Origin: Selaginella moellendorffii
Lineage: Eukaryota; Plantae; Lycopodiophyta
Assembly: GCF_000143415.4 (NCBI RefSeq)
Contig: NW_003314264.1
Coordinates: 1,214,584 to 1,278,583 of the forward strand
Reading direction: 5' to 3'
Length of the DNA: 64,000 nt
The translations under genes were made by a program, and so were the position numbers. Below the pieces are notes generated by a model. It made no database searches and was not told where the DNA came from. It saw nothing but the letters and a program-made list of their open reading frames with translations. Shown here piece after piece: positions 12,753 to 24,973 of this stretch (positions are counted from its first letter, which is position 1; each line of letters starts with the position of its first letter).

Positions 12753-15505
12753 ATGTCGATTGGGGGCGACTGCCGCTGCTGCGTGGACGAGGAGATCGAT
12801 GCGTTTGGCGAGATCGTCGGTGGCAACGGCGTCTTCAAGTACTACGCCGATGGCGCCTGGAAAATCTCGTCGTCAGAGGAGTCGCTGCCTGTCATCAATC
12901 CGACTTCTCGGGAGCCCTTCGTCGCGATCACGGGTAATTGTCCTGCCGCATTGTCTGTTTTTAGGATTTTAGATCTAGTTCCTCGTCGATCCAGAGTTTT
13001 ATTACCTCTTGTTTGATTTTTCTTTTGTTTGTATCTTTCTTAGCTCGAAGAGTTTGTCTTGATTTCATTTAATCGATCATTTTTTGCAATATGTCTGCAA
13101 GTTTGATCTTGTTTTTGCTGTCTACGAACCAAAAGTTTCGTGCTGTGCTCTTGCTGTTGTTAGGATTATTTTTTCTACTTTCAGAAACTTCTGAAATTGT
13201 CTGTTTTTTCATTGGATTCCTTCTTGTTTGATATTTCTTTCGTTTCTCTTGAATTGCTCGAAGAGTTTGTCTTGATTTCTTCGATCCATCTGCTGTCAAG
13301 TTTGATCTTTTTGCTGTCTACGAATCAAAAGTTTGTGCGGTTTAAGCTTCATGCTATATTGGCTGTGTGCTCTAGGATTGTTTTTTCTACTTTCAGACTA
13401 ACATCTGAATTTCATGCAGCGTGTACACGCCGTGAGGTGAACAAAGCATTTCACAGCGCCAAAGAAGCTCAGAAGTCATGGGCTAAGACACCGCTTTTCA
13501 AGCGTGCCGAGATGCTCCACAAGGTCGCGGGCGTCATGAAGGAGAAGAAAAACATGGAGGCGATTGCCGAGTGCCTAATCAAAGAAGTCGCGAAGCCAGA
13601 CAAGGATGCTTACACCGAGGTTTCCAAATTATTATCATGAAACCAACAAGCACTACTGTTTCTACGTAAGCACCAGCTTTTGAGCATCCCGTTTTTGTTT
13701 AACTAAGGTGCTTTCTTTGTTGTGTGTGGATCACTGCAGGTTGTGCGATCTGCGGACTTGCTGTCCTATACTGCCGAAGAAGGAATCCGGATACTCTCGC
13801 AGGGGAAGTTCCTTGTTTCGGACTCGTTCCCAGGAAATGAGAGGAACAAAGTTTGTATATCGTCGAAGGTAGCGTCTCTTTTCTTTTTGTTCATTCTCAT
13901 TATATGGTTTGCGCAGGTGCCACTGGGAATTATTCTTGCTATACCTCCATTCAACTATCCTGTGAATCTTACGGTTTCCAAGATTGGACCAGCTCTGATT
14001 GCTGGCAATGCCGTGGTTATCAAACCACCAACACAGGGTGCTGTCTCGACGCTCCACATGATACACTGTTTCCATATGGCAGGATTCCCAAAGGGCCTGA
14101 TCTCGTGTGTTACGATCAAAGCCTCGGAATTGGGTGATTATATGACCACGCATCCATTAGTAAACTGCATAAGGTGAGCTACTCTCTCGCATCGCAGCAA
14201 AGTATTGACTTTTGCATCGCTGTAGTTTCACAGGGGGTTGTGAGACTGGAATTTCCATCTCACAAAAAGCTGGAATGATACCTTTACAAATGGAGCTCGG
14301 GGGCAAAGATGCCATGATAGTTCTCGAGGATGCTGATTTAGACCTTGCAGCAACTAACATTATCAAGGGAGGTTTTTCGTACAGGTGAGTCTATCGGAAT
14401 GTGTTTTTGTTTGTCAGTCCAATAATTTCGTGGATCTCTGTTTGTAGTGGACAGCGTTGTACTGCAGTAAAAATTGTTCTGGCTATGGAAGGCATAGCTG
14501 ACGCGCTGGTTTCCAAAGTAAATGCACAGATTGCGAAACTTAAAATCGGGCCACCAGAAAGAATTGACACCGACATCGTCGACGTTGTTAGTGAAGCATC
14601 TGCGGACTTCATTGAGACTCTTGTAGCAGATGCGATCGACAGCGGTGCCAAGCTTTGCCAGGTAAGTAATTTTTGCAGTGCCGTTTTGGCAAACCTTCAC
14701 GTTCTTCTTCTCTTCTCAGGGGTGGAAGAGGCGAGGTAACAAAATATGGCCGCTGCTCATTGATAATGTGACAACTGAAATGAGAATCGCTTGGGAAGAG
14801 CCCTTTGGTCCTGTGATTCCCGTCATGCGCATCAAGAGTGTGGAGGAAGGCATACAACACTGCAACTCTAGCAAATACGGTCTCCAGGTCTGTGCTTTAA
14901 ACCGCGGGAAGAATTACTTTACGGGAAGTTTCTCTTGTATTTGTTCAGGGGTGTGTTTTCACGAAAGACATTAACAAAGCGATACTTGTGAGTGATGCAA
15001 TGGAAAGCGGGACTATCCAAATAAACGCGGCTCCTGCACGGGGTCCAGATCATTTTCCCTTCCAGGTAATACACTTGCAAGGACGTCCTTTTTCCTAAGT
15101 TTTCTTTCTATCTGACCAGGGAATTCGCGATAGCGGAATTGGCTCGCAAGGAGTGACTAATAGCATCAACTTTATGACCAAGATCAAGACCACAGTTATC
15201 AATCTGCCAAGCGCCTCGTACTCTTTGGGTAAGATTCTTTTTCTGGAGTTGAAAGGTTTGGCAATGGAACGAGCGTTTCCTTGTTTTCAGCTGTGGGTGA
15301 TTATGAGTACAAGGAACCGGAAAGGCAGCTGGATGCCGGAGATTTTGAAGCTATGAGAGGAGCGCCGTGTGGCTACTGCGCCATGCATTCTCTAATCCCT
15401 TCGTCAAGGCTAAAGACTCCCCCGACGACTACAAAGCTCTCTTCACCTTTTTTTCTTCGGGCCAACACGCACAACTGTCTTTGCACACGCATTACATACA
15501 AATGA
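12753..15505 (+). CDS. GAPN: NADP-dependent non-phosphorylating glyceraldehyde-3-phosphate dehydrogenase (ALDH11), multi-exon; 3' end uncertain
   Basis: GKFLVSDSFPGNERNK, AIPPFNYPVNL, KPPTQGAV, MELGGKDA (catalytic Glu), FSYSGQRCTA (catalytic Cys), WEEPFGPVIP, APARGPDHFPFQG, INLPSASYSL. Confidence 0.93.
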
Positions 15506-15590
15506 AAGATATCTGGTAAGCAAGACACAAACTTCGCAACTCTAATGCTTTTATTCTCAGATCGCAAATCTTTTCAAACTTTAGATCGTG

Positions 15591-17035
15591 TCACCGAGCG
15601 AGAAGTAAACTGTGATCGTATCCACAACAAACGTCTATAACTTCTGCGTGTTCTTCCAAGCTCTCCACCAACACAGGCAGATTCTCGTCTCTCGAGCTTC
15701 CCAGGCCAAGACGACCATTCCGGCCACACCCCCACGTCCAAACTTGATGCTTGGACGTCAAGGCCAGCGAATGGACGCGTCCTCCAGCCACCGAGACAAC
15801 CGGATCGTCTAGTTCTTCCAGCTGTTTTGGAACCGAGCTCGGGCCAGAGCGTCCCAACTGCGAACCAGACGACCAACCCCAAGTATAGGCAGCCCTCGAG
15901 CATCTCTCGACAGCCAACGAGTGGCCCCATCCGGCTCCAATCGCGACTACTTGCTTGCCTTCTAGATCGCCTCCAACGCGGGAGATAATTGGTGAATCCT
16001 CGGTGGTTTCGCGACCGAGTTGAGCGGTGCTGTTGTCTCCAAAGCTAAAGAGTAGACCGCTCTCTGCAATAACGGTAGACGAACGATCTGGCTCGAGAAC
16101 GATTTCGATGCTTACCAGAGAGCGCAAGAGAGTGGTCGAGGCCACAGGCAACTTGGACGATCTTGGATGGCTCTGGAAGTTTCACGAGCTTTGGCTCCCA
16201 CTGCAAGATCGGGGCATCCTCTTTACGCAGTTGCTCCATCAACATCTTTTCTCCAACGTCGTTGTGATCGAGAGAATCCTTCGAAGGCTGGATCATCAAA
16301 GTTTGGTCTTGCGGGAGCAAATAGCCGAGACGTCCAGAGTCGTGGTAGCCCCACGAGAATAGCTCGCCATCCATCGTGCAAGCTAGAGCGTGACCCCATC
16401 CAAGCGACACCTTTGAGAAGAAAAAGAAGAATTACTCTCGAGGAAGATCAAAGATGTGTGAGAAGGTACCTATAGCACCTGAAGAACACTTTTCCCAGCC
16501 AGTGCATGGATCTTTTGTGGAAGTAGCGAGCTAGTCACACCAAGTCCGAGACCAAGCTGGCCTCTCTTGGACGACCCCCACGACCAGAGCGATCCATCCT
16601 CGCAAATCGCCATGGACACCACTCCAGACCCCGCTGCCGCTCTAACTCTGGTGGATTCCATTCCTCTCACTCGCTGTGGAGTGATAGTAGCCGCACTGGA
16701 TCGAGAAAACGCAAGAAAGATGTTTGTTCTTACCAACAAAAACGAAAGAATGCTTACCTTAGAATGGATTTCTCGCCGCGGCCTAGCTGCCCCTCGTTGT
16801 TCCTCCCCCATGCCCATAGCTCGCCGGATCGCGAGAGCGCTAGGGAGTGGTAGTGGCCACAGGCGACGCGCGCGATCGATGGGGGCAGGCCTGGCACAGC
16901 GGCCGGCTCAAAGGAATCGTTGGTGAAGGAATGGGGGTGGCCAAGGGCGCCATTGCTGCCATCGCCAAAGCTGTACACGGCCGCGGTGTGGAACGCGCGC
17001 CCTAGCACATTCCTCCTCCGCGCCAAACCTATCAT
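15591..17035 (-). CDS. RUG3: RCC1-repeat protein, RUG3-like (probably mitochondrial), 4 exons
   Basis: Presequence-like N-terminus, then SFGDGSNGALG, ACGHYHSLA...WAWGRNNEGQLGR, AAAGSGVVSMAI, WSWGSSKRGQLG, WTWGCGRNGRLG. The RCC1 family call is firm; orthology is from recall. Confidence 0.8.
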
Positions 17036-17040
17036 CCTCC

Positions 17041-17060
17041 AAAACCCTAAACCCTAAACC
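17041..17060. promoter_or_regulatory. Tandem telo-boxes in the divergent promoter between the RCC1 gene and the AT-rich lectin-like ORF
   Basis: aaaaccctaaaccctaaacc; similar AAACCCTA motifs precede BIO2 (about 29753-29769) and the ABC1 kinase (about 33811, 33923). Confidence 0.6.
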
Positions 17061-17148
17061 ATTCTTTTCCACTTTAATTGCATGGTATGATAATTGTTTT
17101 ATTGGGCAGCTTTTGCTTATTACTTTAGTTTTCTTTCTTATAACATAC

Positions 17149-18042
17149 ATGGGTAAATTAGTGGTTAGTATTCTTCTTCTGGTAATTTTGAAATTCGTTG
17201 TTGAAGCAGATGTTGTAAATTGGGATGCCATTTCACTTTACAATTATATCAATAGAGATGATATTAACAGAATCGGAAAATCTTTAATAGAGTTGATGGA
17301 TACAAAAATAGCGGAAACACAAAAATACTATGGTGCATTTACTTGGACTGATTATCTCTATTTAGCAAATGAAGTTGTTGAAGTTAGCATTTGGATCTAT
17401 AGTAAAAAGCCTCATGGCATGTGTAGTATGAGTTTAACAGGAACAGGAGCATCAGGAGAAGAAATTCTAGGAAAACTTAATAGCCTTTTATCAGGTGTAT
17501 TAAAAGAAGCACGTGTGGGAAATTATGGTTATATAGTTGCTACTTTGAATTTTGTTGGTATCAAATATAAACTTCTAAATGCTAGAAGATATAAGAGGCC
17601 TAGTACTGAATTTGAAAATAGCAATAATATTATGATCAATACCAATAGAAGTTATCTAAATATAGATCTTAATTGTTGGATATACAGGTCTAGTCTTGTG
17701 AGTGGTGAAAAATATGATTTAGGATCGTATTTACTCAAATTAAATCCTTTAATTTCTCCATATGGAGATTATGCATTAAGTCTCAATAAAAATTGCAATT
17801 TAGTTTTTACATGGAAAATGGAACATATTTTATGGGAAAGTTTGACTACTAATAAAGGAATTGGCTGCTGGTTACATTTAGAAACTAAAAACTTAATAAT
17901 AAAGGATAATAAAGATATAGAAATATGGTTTTTAAACTTTCATTGTCCAAGCTGTAAATCAACAATACTTTATGTTGAGGATGACGGATTTTTCTACATA
18001 ATTGGTTCGAATAATAACAAAATTTTGAAACGCCTTCCATAG
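17149..18042 (+). CDS. AT-rich intronless secreted protein with unknown N-terminal domain and C-terminal bulb-type (GNA/B-) lectin-like domain
   Basis: Signal-peptide-like MGKLVVSILLLVILKFVVEA. C-terminal LISPYGDYALSLNKNCNLVF...ILWESLTTNKGIGCWLHL...NLIIKD...IW...ILYVEDDGFFYI follows the B-lectin repeat pattern. Confidence 0.7.
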   Translation: MGKLVVSILLLVILKFVVEADVVNWDAISLYNYINRDDINRIGKSLIELMDTKIAETQKYYGAFTWTDYLYLANEVVEVSIWIYSKKPHGMCSMSLTGTGASGEEILGKLNSLLSGVLKEARVGNYGYIVATLNFVGIKYKLLNARRYKRPSTEFENSNNIMINTNRSYLNIDLNCWIYRSSLVSGEKYDLGSYLLKLNPLISPYGDYALSLNKNCNLVFTWKMEHILWESLTTNKGIGCWLHLETKNLIIKDNKDIEIWFLNFHCPSCKSTILYVEDDGFFYIIGSNNNKILKRLP

Positions 18043-18648
18043 ATAAAAAGTAGAAAAGAATTGTTTTTAACAATGTGCTTTTAATTTTGGTTTGCTTGTA
18101 GTGTTAGTAAATATACCTAGAATATGCTTAGATATTTTGAGATATTCTACCATTTAAGTATTCATTTAGATTAATCTTGTATTTATAATATATAAATTCT
18201 CCTAAACACTTCCTAGTACATTCTACTTTATTCAACCATTTAATCATATGAAATAAGGTTAATCTTGTGTTTATAAATTATAAACATGTTTATAATTATA
18301 AGCTTTCGATTGATCAATTGGATCAATAAATAATACTAAAAAACAATAACACCACTACTAAGCAAATCAAGCACTGCTGCATGCAACATGCAGCAAATTA
18401 TTTAAAATTTTCTCTAAGAAAATAAAAATTTTATTATCTTTTTAATATGAAGCTATTTGTTTAAAATCTTGTAAACTTATTAATACTTGTTAAACCTTGG
18501 ATAAAAGATAAGGTATTTGAATAGAGACAAAACTGTGGTGAGCTTAAGTTCTCATAACAGGTTTTGAGAACTTTCGGCAACATAAGTGATAATTAAAAAA
18601 AAATAGTATTAAAACCTTGATTGCAAACCAAAAATGGAAAATACAATA

Positions 18649-19370
18649 TCATATCAAACTTAAGCAAGAAAAGAGCACAACAAAGTTCCAACAAGTCCTC
18701 TTCGCAGAGATTTTCACATGATTTCCATCGCTGGTTGATGGAATCTGATAATCCGACTCTTCGTTTGAAGAGGGTGGCGGGAGTGTTCGTGATCCAGTTG
18801 GACTTAAAAGAGGCGGTGTTGGTGATGATCCAGTTGATCCACCAGGATATGGTGGTGATGATCCACCAGGATAGGGCGAAAGAATAGGAGGTGGCGGAGT
18901 ATAATCAACTGGAGGCGCTGGCGAAGGATATGGGGGCGACAATAGTGGCGTTGGAGGTGCTAGAACCGGTGGCGATACCACAGGAGGAGGACCTACACAA
19001 AACACCCCAGAGAACCATCGAGAACTTAGATTTTGAAAGAGAACTTACCGGTGGGGTTGCAAAGATCGATGGTCACTCCGGCCAAGTTACAGAGGCTGGG
19101 AAGCGAGAGCGCGAGCGTGATATTGATCCGATTGCCCAACTGAGAATTCACGAGCGCGCACAGGCACGCTGGATTCGATTTGACGACCGTTTCCAGGCCA
19201 TTGCAGCACGGCTGCGTGGGATTGCTTCCCTGGCCCTGCAAGAATGGAAGGCAAGGGAGGAGAACTCCGAGCTTTGGACCGCAGCCTTGGGGAAGCTGCT
19301 GCGCGTGGATTTGCTGCTGCTGGGATGATGCCAGGGCCGCCGCAATCGCGAGAAGAATCAGGATCGCCAT
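18649..19370 (-). CDS. Non-specific lipid-transfer protein, GPI-anchored type (LTPG/xylogen-like) with Pro-rich tail, 2 exons
   Basis: Signal peptide; 8-Cys motif C-x9-C...CC...CLC...C...C; intron about 19048-18993; Pro/Ser-rich exon 2 with hydrophobic C-terminus. Confidence 0.88.
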
Positions 19371-19566
19371 CGTAGTGCGTCCGCGAAAGAAGATAATCGA
19401 GGCAATTGAAGTCGCGGGAAGAAAAGAACTACCAAGAACTGAAAGAAAAACTGGAATTTGGTGAGCCATAGATCAAAATTCCAGACGGGAATCACGGGCC
19501 AACTCATGCCAAACCTCCAGCGTTGACCAGGGCTGAAACTGTGTTATTCGTTTTTCAAATATAAGA

Positions 19567-19710
19567 ATGAAGGCTGCTTTGGTTTTGTCTCTGATGTTTG
19601 CTCTTGCCACTCTCTTTGGGTAGAAGGGAGCTTTTGGATAATGGTGCTGGTGTTTATGACTCATCAGCGGTAGAATCAGCACAAGGAAGAGGAGAAAAAG
19701 TTCAATCCTT
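19567..19710 (+). pseudogene. Frameshifted paralog of the small secreted protein gene at 19993
   Basis: Shares atgaaggctgctttg...gagctt...ggataatggtg...gaaaaagtt with 19993-20304; the ATG frame stops after 18 codons and RRELLDNG continues in another frame. Confidence 0.65.
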
Positions 19711-19763
19711 CTATGTTCTCAAGAAATTTTTTGTCTCTAACCAACATCCATTTTTTCCTTTAA

Positions 19764-19847
19764 TGTCAGGAGTGGGATTTGAACCCACGCCCTCGCATGA
19801 GGAGCAGAACTTGAGTCTGCCGCCTTAGACCGCTCGGCCATCCTGAC
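19764..19847 (-). tRNA. tRNA-Leu (anticodon CAA)
   Basis: Minus strand GTCAGGATGGCCGAGCGGTCTAAGGCGGCAGACT-CAA-GTTCTGCTCCTCATGCGAGGGCGTGGGTTCAAATCCCACTCCTGACA; full cloverleaf with long variable arm. Confidence 0.96.
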
Positions 19848-19992
19848 AATCTATCCTGTAATCTTGGATTTGGACTAATGGTGCATTGTGATTGCATGGA
19901 CAAGGCATGCTGGACCTTGTAACATAATACATAAGCCCTCCAAGCTCCAACCATTGAGAATCAGCTCTCCATCCATCACTATTACTACAACA

Positions 19993-20304
19993 ATGAAGGC
20001 TGCTTTGTTGTTCTTTCTATTGTTTGCCACATTATTTTCTTCTTCTTCTTCTTCTTTAAGTAAAAGAGAGCTTCTGTCTCTGGAGGATAATGGTGTTGCT
20101 GCTCAGGATTTACCAGCAGTAGCACCAGCCTCCAATTCTGATCAAATATATCCTCCAGAGATGGATGATCATGATCATCAACGTCCTAAGCACACGAAAC
20201 TGAGGAAGAACAAGAAAAACAACAATAACATCAACATCAATATCAACATTTGCAATATGGATCAGGAAGATTCAAAGCAAAAGGAGGAGAAGAAAAAGTT
20301 TTAG
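19993..20304 (+). CDS. Small secreted protein or peptide precursor of unknown function (103 aa)
   Basis: Signal peptide MKAALLFFLLFATLFSSSSS, KRELL motif, then acidic and basic/Asn-Ile-rich segments; has an adjacent paralog. Confidence 0.6.
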   Translation: MKAALLFFLLFATLFSSSSSSLSKRELLSLEDNGVAAQDLPAVAPASNSDQIYPPEMDDHDHQRPKHTKLRKNKKNNNNINININICNMDQEDSKQKEEKKKF

Positions 20305-20678
20305 AGTAGAATTTACAAATGGTAAATCTCATTTTGTAGATCAATAAAATCAATAAGAAATTCTTGCCTTCTTTGACTGGGGCTGATTGTTTTTGACTGG
20401 GCTTCTTTGAGAGTTTTCATCCTTCCCGCCCAGGCGGCGCGTCGCGATTTTAAAAACTATTCCCGGATCGACGGCTGGGATTGGCCTGCACGGGCCACAG
20501 TGGCCACCGCCCTAATGTTTCAAGCTTTTTGTGTGGGCGACTGCGACAGCGTCTGGATTATTGGAGGAGGCGATCCATCGATCGATCCATCCCCGAGCTC
20601 GCCACAGGTCTGATCGATCGAGCTCTGTGGCTCACATCGCCGCTCTCGCTTAGCGCCCTGTTTCTAGCGAGTTTCTCC

Positions 20679-22081
20679 ATGGCGGAGGAAGAAATCCAGC
20701 CCCTGGTGTGCGACAATGGATCCGGGATGGTCAAGGTGCGCTCCTGGCGCGATTTCTTGTGGATTTTGATCCGGGGGGTGTGTTTTTGCAGGCTGGATTT
20801 GCCGGAGACGATGCTCCCAGGGCCGTGTTTCCCAGCATTGTGGGCCGGCCCAAGCACACGGGCGTCATGGTTGGAATGGGGCAGAAGGATGCGTATGTCG
20901 GCGACGAGGCGCAATCCAAGCGAGGTATCCTGGCATTGAAGTACCCGATCGAGCACGGGATCGTCACAAACTGGGACGACATGGAGAAGATCTGGCACCA
21001 CACTTTCTACAACGAGCTCCGTGTGGCTCCGGAAGAACACCCGGTTCTTCTCACCGAGGCGCCGCTCAACCCAAAGGCGAATCGCGAGAAGATGACCCAG
21101 ATCATGTTCGAGACCTTCAATGTCCCGGCCATGTACGTGGCAATCCAAGCAGTCCTTTCACTCTACGCGAGTGGACGCACTACCGGTATGGAGTTTTTTT
21201 TTTCCTTTGCTTGTTCTAGACAAGATGGTTGATGCGTGTTTCTTTTCTTCGTTGCTTGCGATAGACATGATGCTTCAAGTTGGTTCTACTTTTTTTTCTT
21301 CTCTCTAACACGTTGTATGATCGTGGTTTGTGATCAGGTATTGTTCTCGACTCGGGTGACGGTGTCACGCACACTGTTCCAATCTACGAAGGCTACTCAC
21401 TGCCCCATGCAATCCTCAGGCTGGACCTTGCCGGTCGCGACTTGACTGACTCGCTCATGAAGATCCTGACGGAGAGAGGCTACACGTTCACCACCACGGC
21501 GGAGCGTGAGATCGTGAGAGACATGAAAGAGAAGCTGGCGTACGTCGCCCTGGACTACGAGCAGGAGATGGAGAGCTCCACGCACAGCTCCTCGATGGAG
21601 AAGACGTACGAGCTTCCGGATGGGCAGGTGATCACCATCGGCTCCGAGAGGTTCCGGTGCCCCGAGGTGCTGTTCCAGCCGTCTCTGATTGGAATGGAAG
21701 CCGCTGGTATCCACGAGACGACGTACAACTCGATCATGAAGTGCGACGTCGATATCCGAAAGGACCTCTACGGCAACATCGTCCTCAGCGGAGGCAGCAC
21801 AATGTTCCCTGGCATCGCGGACCGCATGAGCAAGGAAATCACGGCACTGGCTCCCAGCAGCATGAAGATCAAGGTGGTTGCTCCTCCGGAGAGGAAGTAC
21901 AGCGTCTGGATCGGAGGTTCTATCCTGGCTTCGCTCAGCACCTTCCAACAGGTACCACAACATTCTTTTGCTCGTTTTTCTTATCAGCCTTGTTTTTCTT
22001 TTTCTTTTTTCGCAGATGTGGATTGCAAAGTCCGAGTACGATGAGTCGGGTCCATCGATTGTGCACAGAAAGTGCTTCTAG
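20679..22081 (+). CDS. ACT: Actin
   Basis: [37 protein letters not shown]...[11 protein letters not shown]; three canonical plant actin introns plus a 5' UTR intron at about 20608-20667. Confidence 0.99.
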
Positions 22082-22250
22082 CTTGAGGTTGGTCTCCAGG
22101 TTGCTATTTTTCCTTCCTTTTCGGTTCTCGGGTTATCTAGGCGCTCTAGATTTTGAAGTCTTGGCTCTTGAGGATCACGTGTCAAGTGTGCTTCATTGTT
22201 TGCCTTTGATTGACTATAAATATTTAGCTCTCTAGTCTTTAGTGTCCTCT

Positions 22251-24768
22251 ATGGCGTTCCGTCGCTTTGCCAGTCGTGTGCTCGCGTCTAGGGTTTGTGG
22301 TGTCCGAGGGGCTAGTCTTCTTTCCAGGAGGTGCTTGGAGACACCAATTTTCTCCAGTGGGTCGTCGTCATGGAATGGGAAGAGTCAGAGGTTGGCAGCT
22401 CTGGGAGCTGCTGGAGTGTTCACATTTGCTTTGGTGGAGCTCGGATTCAATCAGGCTGCCCTTCTGGAGCAGGATGAACAGAAAAGGTACCTCAGTTGCT
22501 GGCATTATGGAGCTTTCACTGTATTCTCTGGATCGTGCAGTGTAGAAGCTTTAGTGACAACGAAGGAGGCTCGCAAGCTCGATGAATCTTTCATTTCGGA
22601 GCTGCAAGCCATCTTCGAGGTAAATAAAAATTTGTATGGCCAGTTTCTTATAGTTCTATCCAGGCCGAGAGAATTGCTTTTGATCCAGATGAAAGGTTCA
22701 ACCATGGAAAGCCATGGAATACTTATCATCCCGTTGAACACATTCCCGACGTTGTGGTCTATCCAAGGTACAAATTAGTACGTTTTGCGAAAGAGTAAAA
22801 AGGCAAATTTCATTTTTGAAAGGTCGGCCGATGAAGTTCAGGCAGCTGTAAAGCTTTGCGCAAAATACAAGGTCCGCTTTCTTGTCAATGAATGTGTTTC
22901 GATATTTGGTGGATAGGTTCCAGTTGTTCCTTTTGGAGGGGCTACTTCTCTAGAGGGACAAACACTGACTCCCTCTGGCGGTGTTAGCATTGATATGCAG
23001 TTGATGAAGGTTTGGCTTCAATTGTTTCTGTCTTCTCCTAAGTTTTTCTTTGAACAGAAAGTAAAAGCTTTGCATATTGAAGATATGGATGTGGTTGTAG
23101 AGCCAGGACTCGGATGGATTGAACTGAACGAGTTTCTAAAACCTTACGGTTTATTTTTCCCACTAGATCCAGGTAAGTTTACGTTTCACTTGTATCCGAA
23201 ATCCATTAGTTTATGTCAGGTCCGGGAGCTACAATTGGAGGAATGTGCGCAACCAGATGCTCGGGCTCGTTGGCAGTTCGGTAATAGTTTTGACAGTCCA
23301 GTTAGTGCTCATTTCCTGAATCACGTGATTATTAGTTATGGCACAATGCGGGACAACGTGATATCGTTGAAAGTATGCTTGGTTGGGCATTTAGTTTTCT
23401 TGTATTGATGGTTTTCTGTACTGTAGGCAGTGGTGGCAAATGGAGACCAAGTTAAATCGGGTTCTCGTGCGCGCAAAAGTGCCGCCGGGTAGTTTCTTAG
23501 ATGTACTTCGACTGTTGATGGGCTAAGCTTGATCTCCCAGGTATGATTTAACGAGACTTATGATTGGAAGTGAAGGAACGCTGGGTGTCATTACGGAGGT
23601 TACGCTGCGTCTTCAAAAAATTCCCGAAGCCTCAATTGTAAGCTTCAGAGCCTGTTTGAATTATTCACAGTGTTTGCTGCAGGTGGCCATGTGCAACTTT
23701 CCTTCCGTAAAAGATGCAGCTGATGTTGCGATAGCTACGATGCATTTGGGAATCCAGGTATTCATGCATTCTCCAACTTAAGCGAAGTGGCCTTCCAATC
23801 TCTGCAGGTGTCACGGGTTGAGCTCTTAGATGAGATGCAAGTAAAAGCAATTAATCTTGCGAATGGAAGGAATTATCCTGAACAACCAACGCTTATGTTC
23901 GAGTTTATAGGAACAGGTATTCTTCTACTTAATGTTTAGTTATGAATCCTAAGAATTTCTCATTGCAGAAAACTATGCTCTCGAACAGGCAAAGCTTGTC
24001 CACAAAATTGTTGTGGAACATAGTGGTTCTGATTTTGTCTATTCAAACACGCCGGAAGAAAAGGAGGATTTGTGGAAAGTAAGCAAGAACTTTGTTCAGC
24101 CGCGTTTATTCCGACTCGTTTGAAATTTCAGGTTCGGAAAGAGGCTTTCTGGGCTTGTTCGACGTTGAGACCTGGAGCAGAGGCCATGGTCACTGTATGT
24201 GGAGCTTTCTTTTCTACTTTGTATTGAATTGTCAATTGCCACAGGACGTCTGTGTTCCTTTGTCGAGGCTAGCGGAGTGCATCTCCACGTCAAAAGCAAT
24301 ACTTGACGCGTCCTCACTTCCAAGGTAAGGAAATTCCCGGATATATTTGGTTCAAAGGTTTGCTTTTGCAGTGCTATAATTTCACATGCTGGCGATGGGA
24401 ACTTCCACACAGTGATCCTGTTTGATCCGGCCAACAAAGACGAGGCCGAAGAAGCTCAGCACTTATGTCATAAGATGGTGCACATAGCTTTAGCGATGGA
24501 AGGTTGAGAGCTCAGGAAATTGTATTTGTTTTTTATCATATTTGTTTATCTTTCAGGAACTTGCACTGGGGAACACGGAGTAGGCGTCGGCAAGATGAAG
24601 GTATGTATACCTTCCTTCTTAGCACGAGTGGCTGAAGTTCGTGTGCAGTACTTAGAGGCCGAGTTTGGAAGCGAAGCGCTGTCTGCCATGGGAAAGATTA
24701 AAAAGTGCCTCGATCCTGATAACATTATGAATCCTGGGAAAATTATTCCGCGACAATTCTGCTGCTAA
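22251..24768 (+). CDS. DLD: Mitochondrial D-lactate dehydrogenase (FAD-binding oxidoreductase/transferase type 4), many short exons
   Basis: VVPFGGATSLEG, FFPLDPG PGATIGGMCATRCSGSLAV, IGSEGTLGVITEVTLRL, HAGDGNFH, GTCTGEHGVGVGKM, LDPDNIMNPGKI. Confidence 0.93.
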
Positions 24769-24973
24769 GGCGTCTGTGGTACAAGGAAGTTTTATTATAA
24801 TGTCAATAACTTCGTTTCTTTTCTGAGTGCTCGCCCTAGGTTATAGAATGCAAGAAGGCGCACCTTCGAGAGCGTAAGTCCAACAATGCATTTTCATGGT
24901 CGCTACGCCTCTGCGGTGCTTCACTCTAGGACAAGCTGTAAGTGTGCTGCTGCTTTTCCTTTGCGTTTAAACA

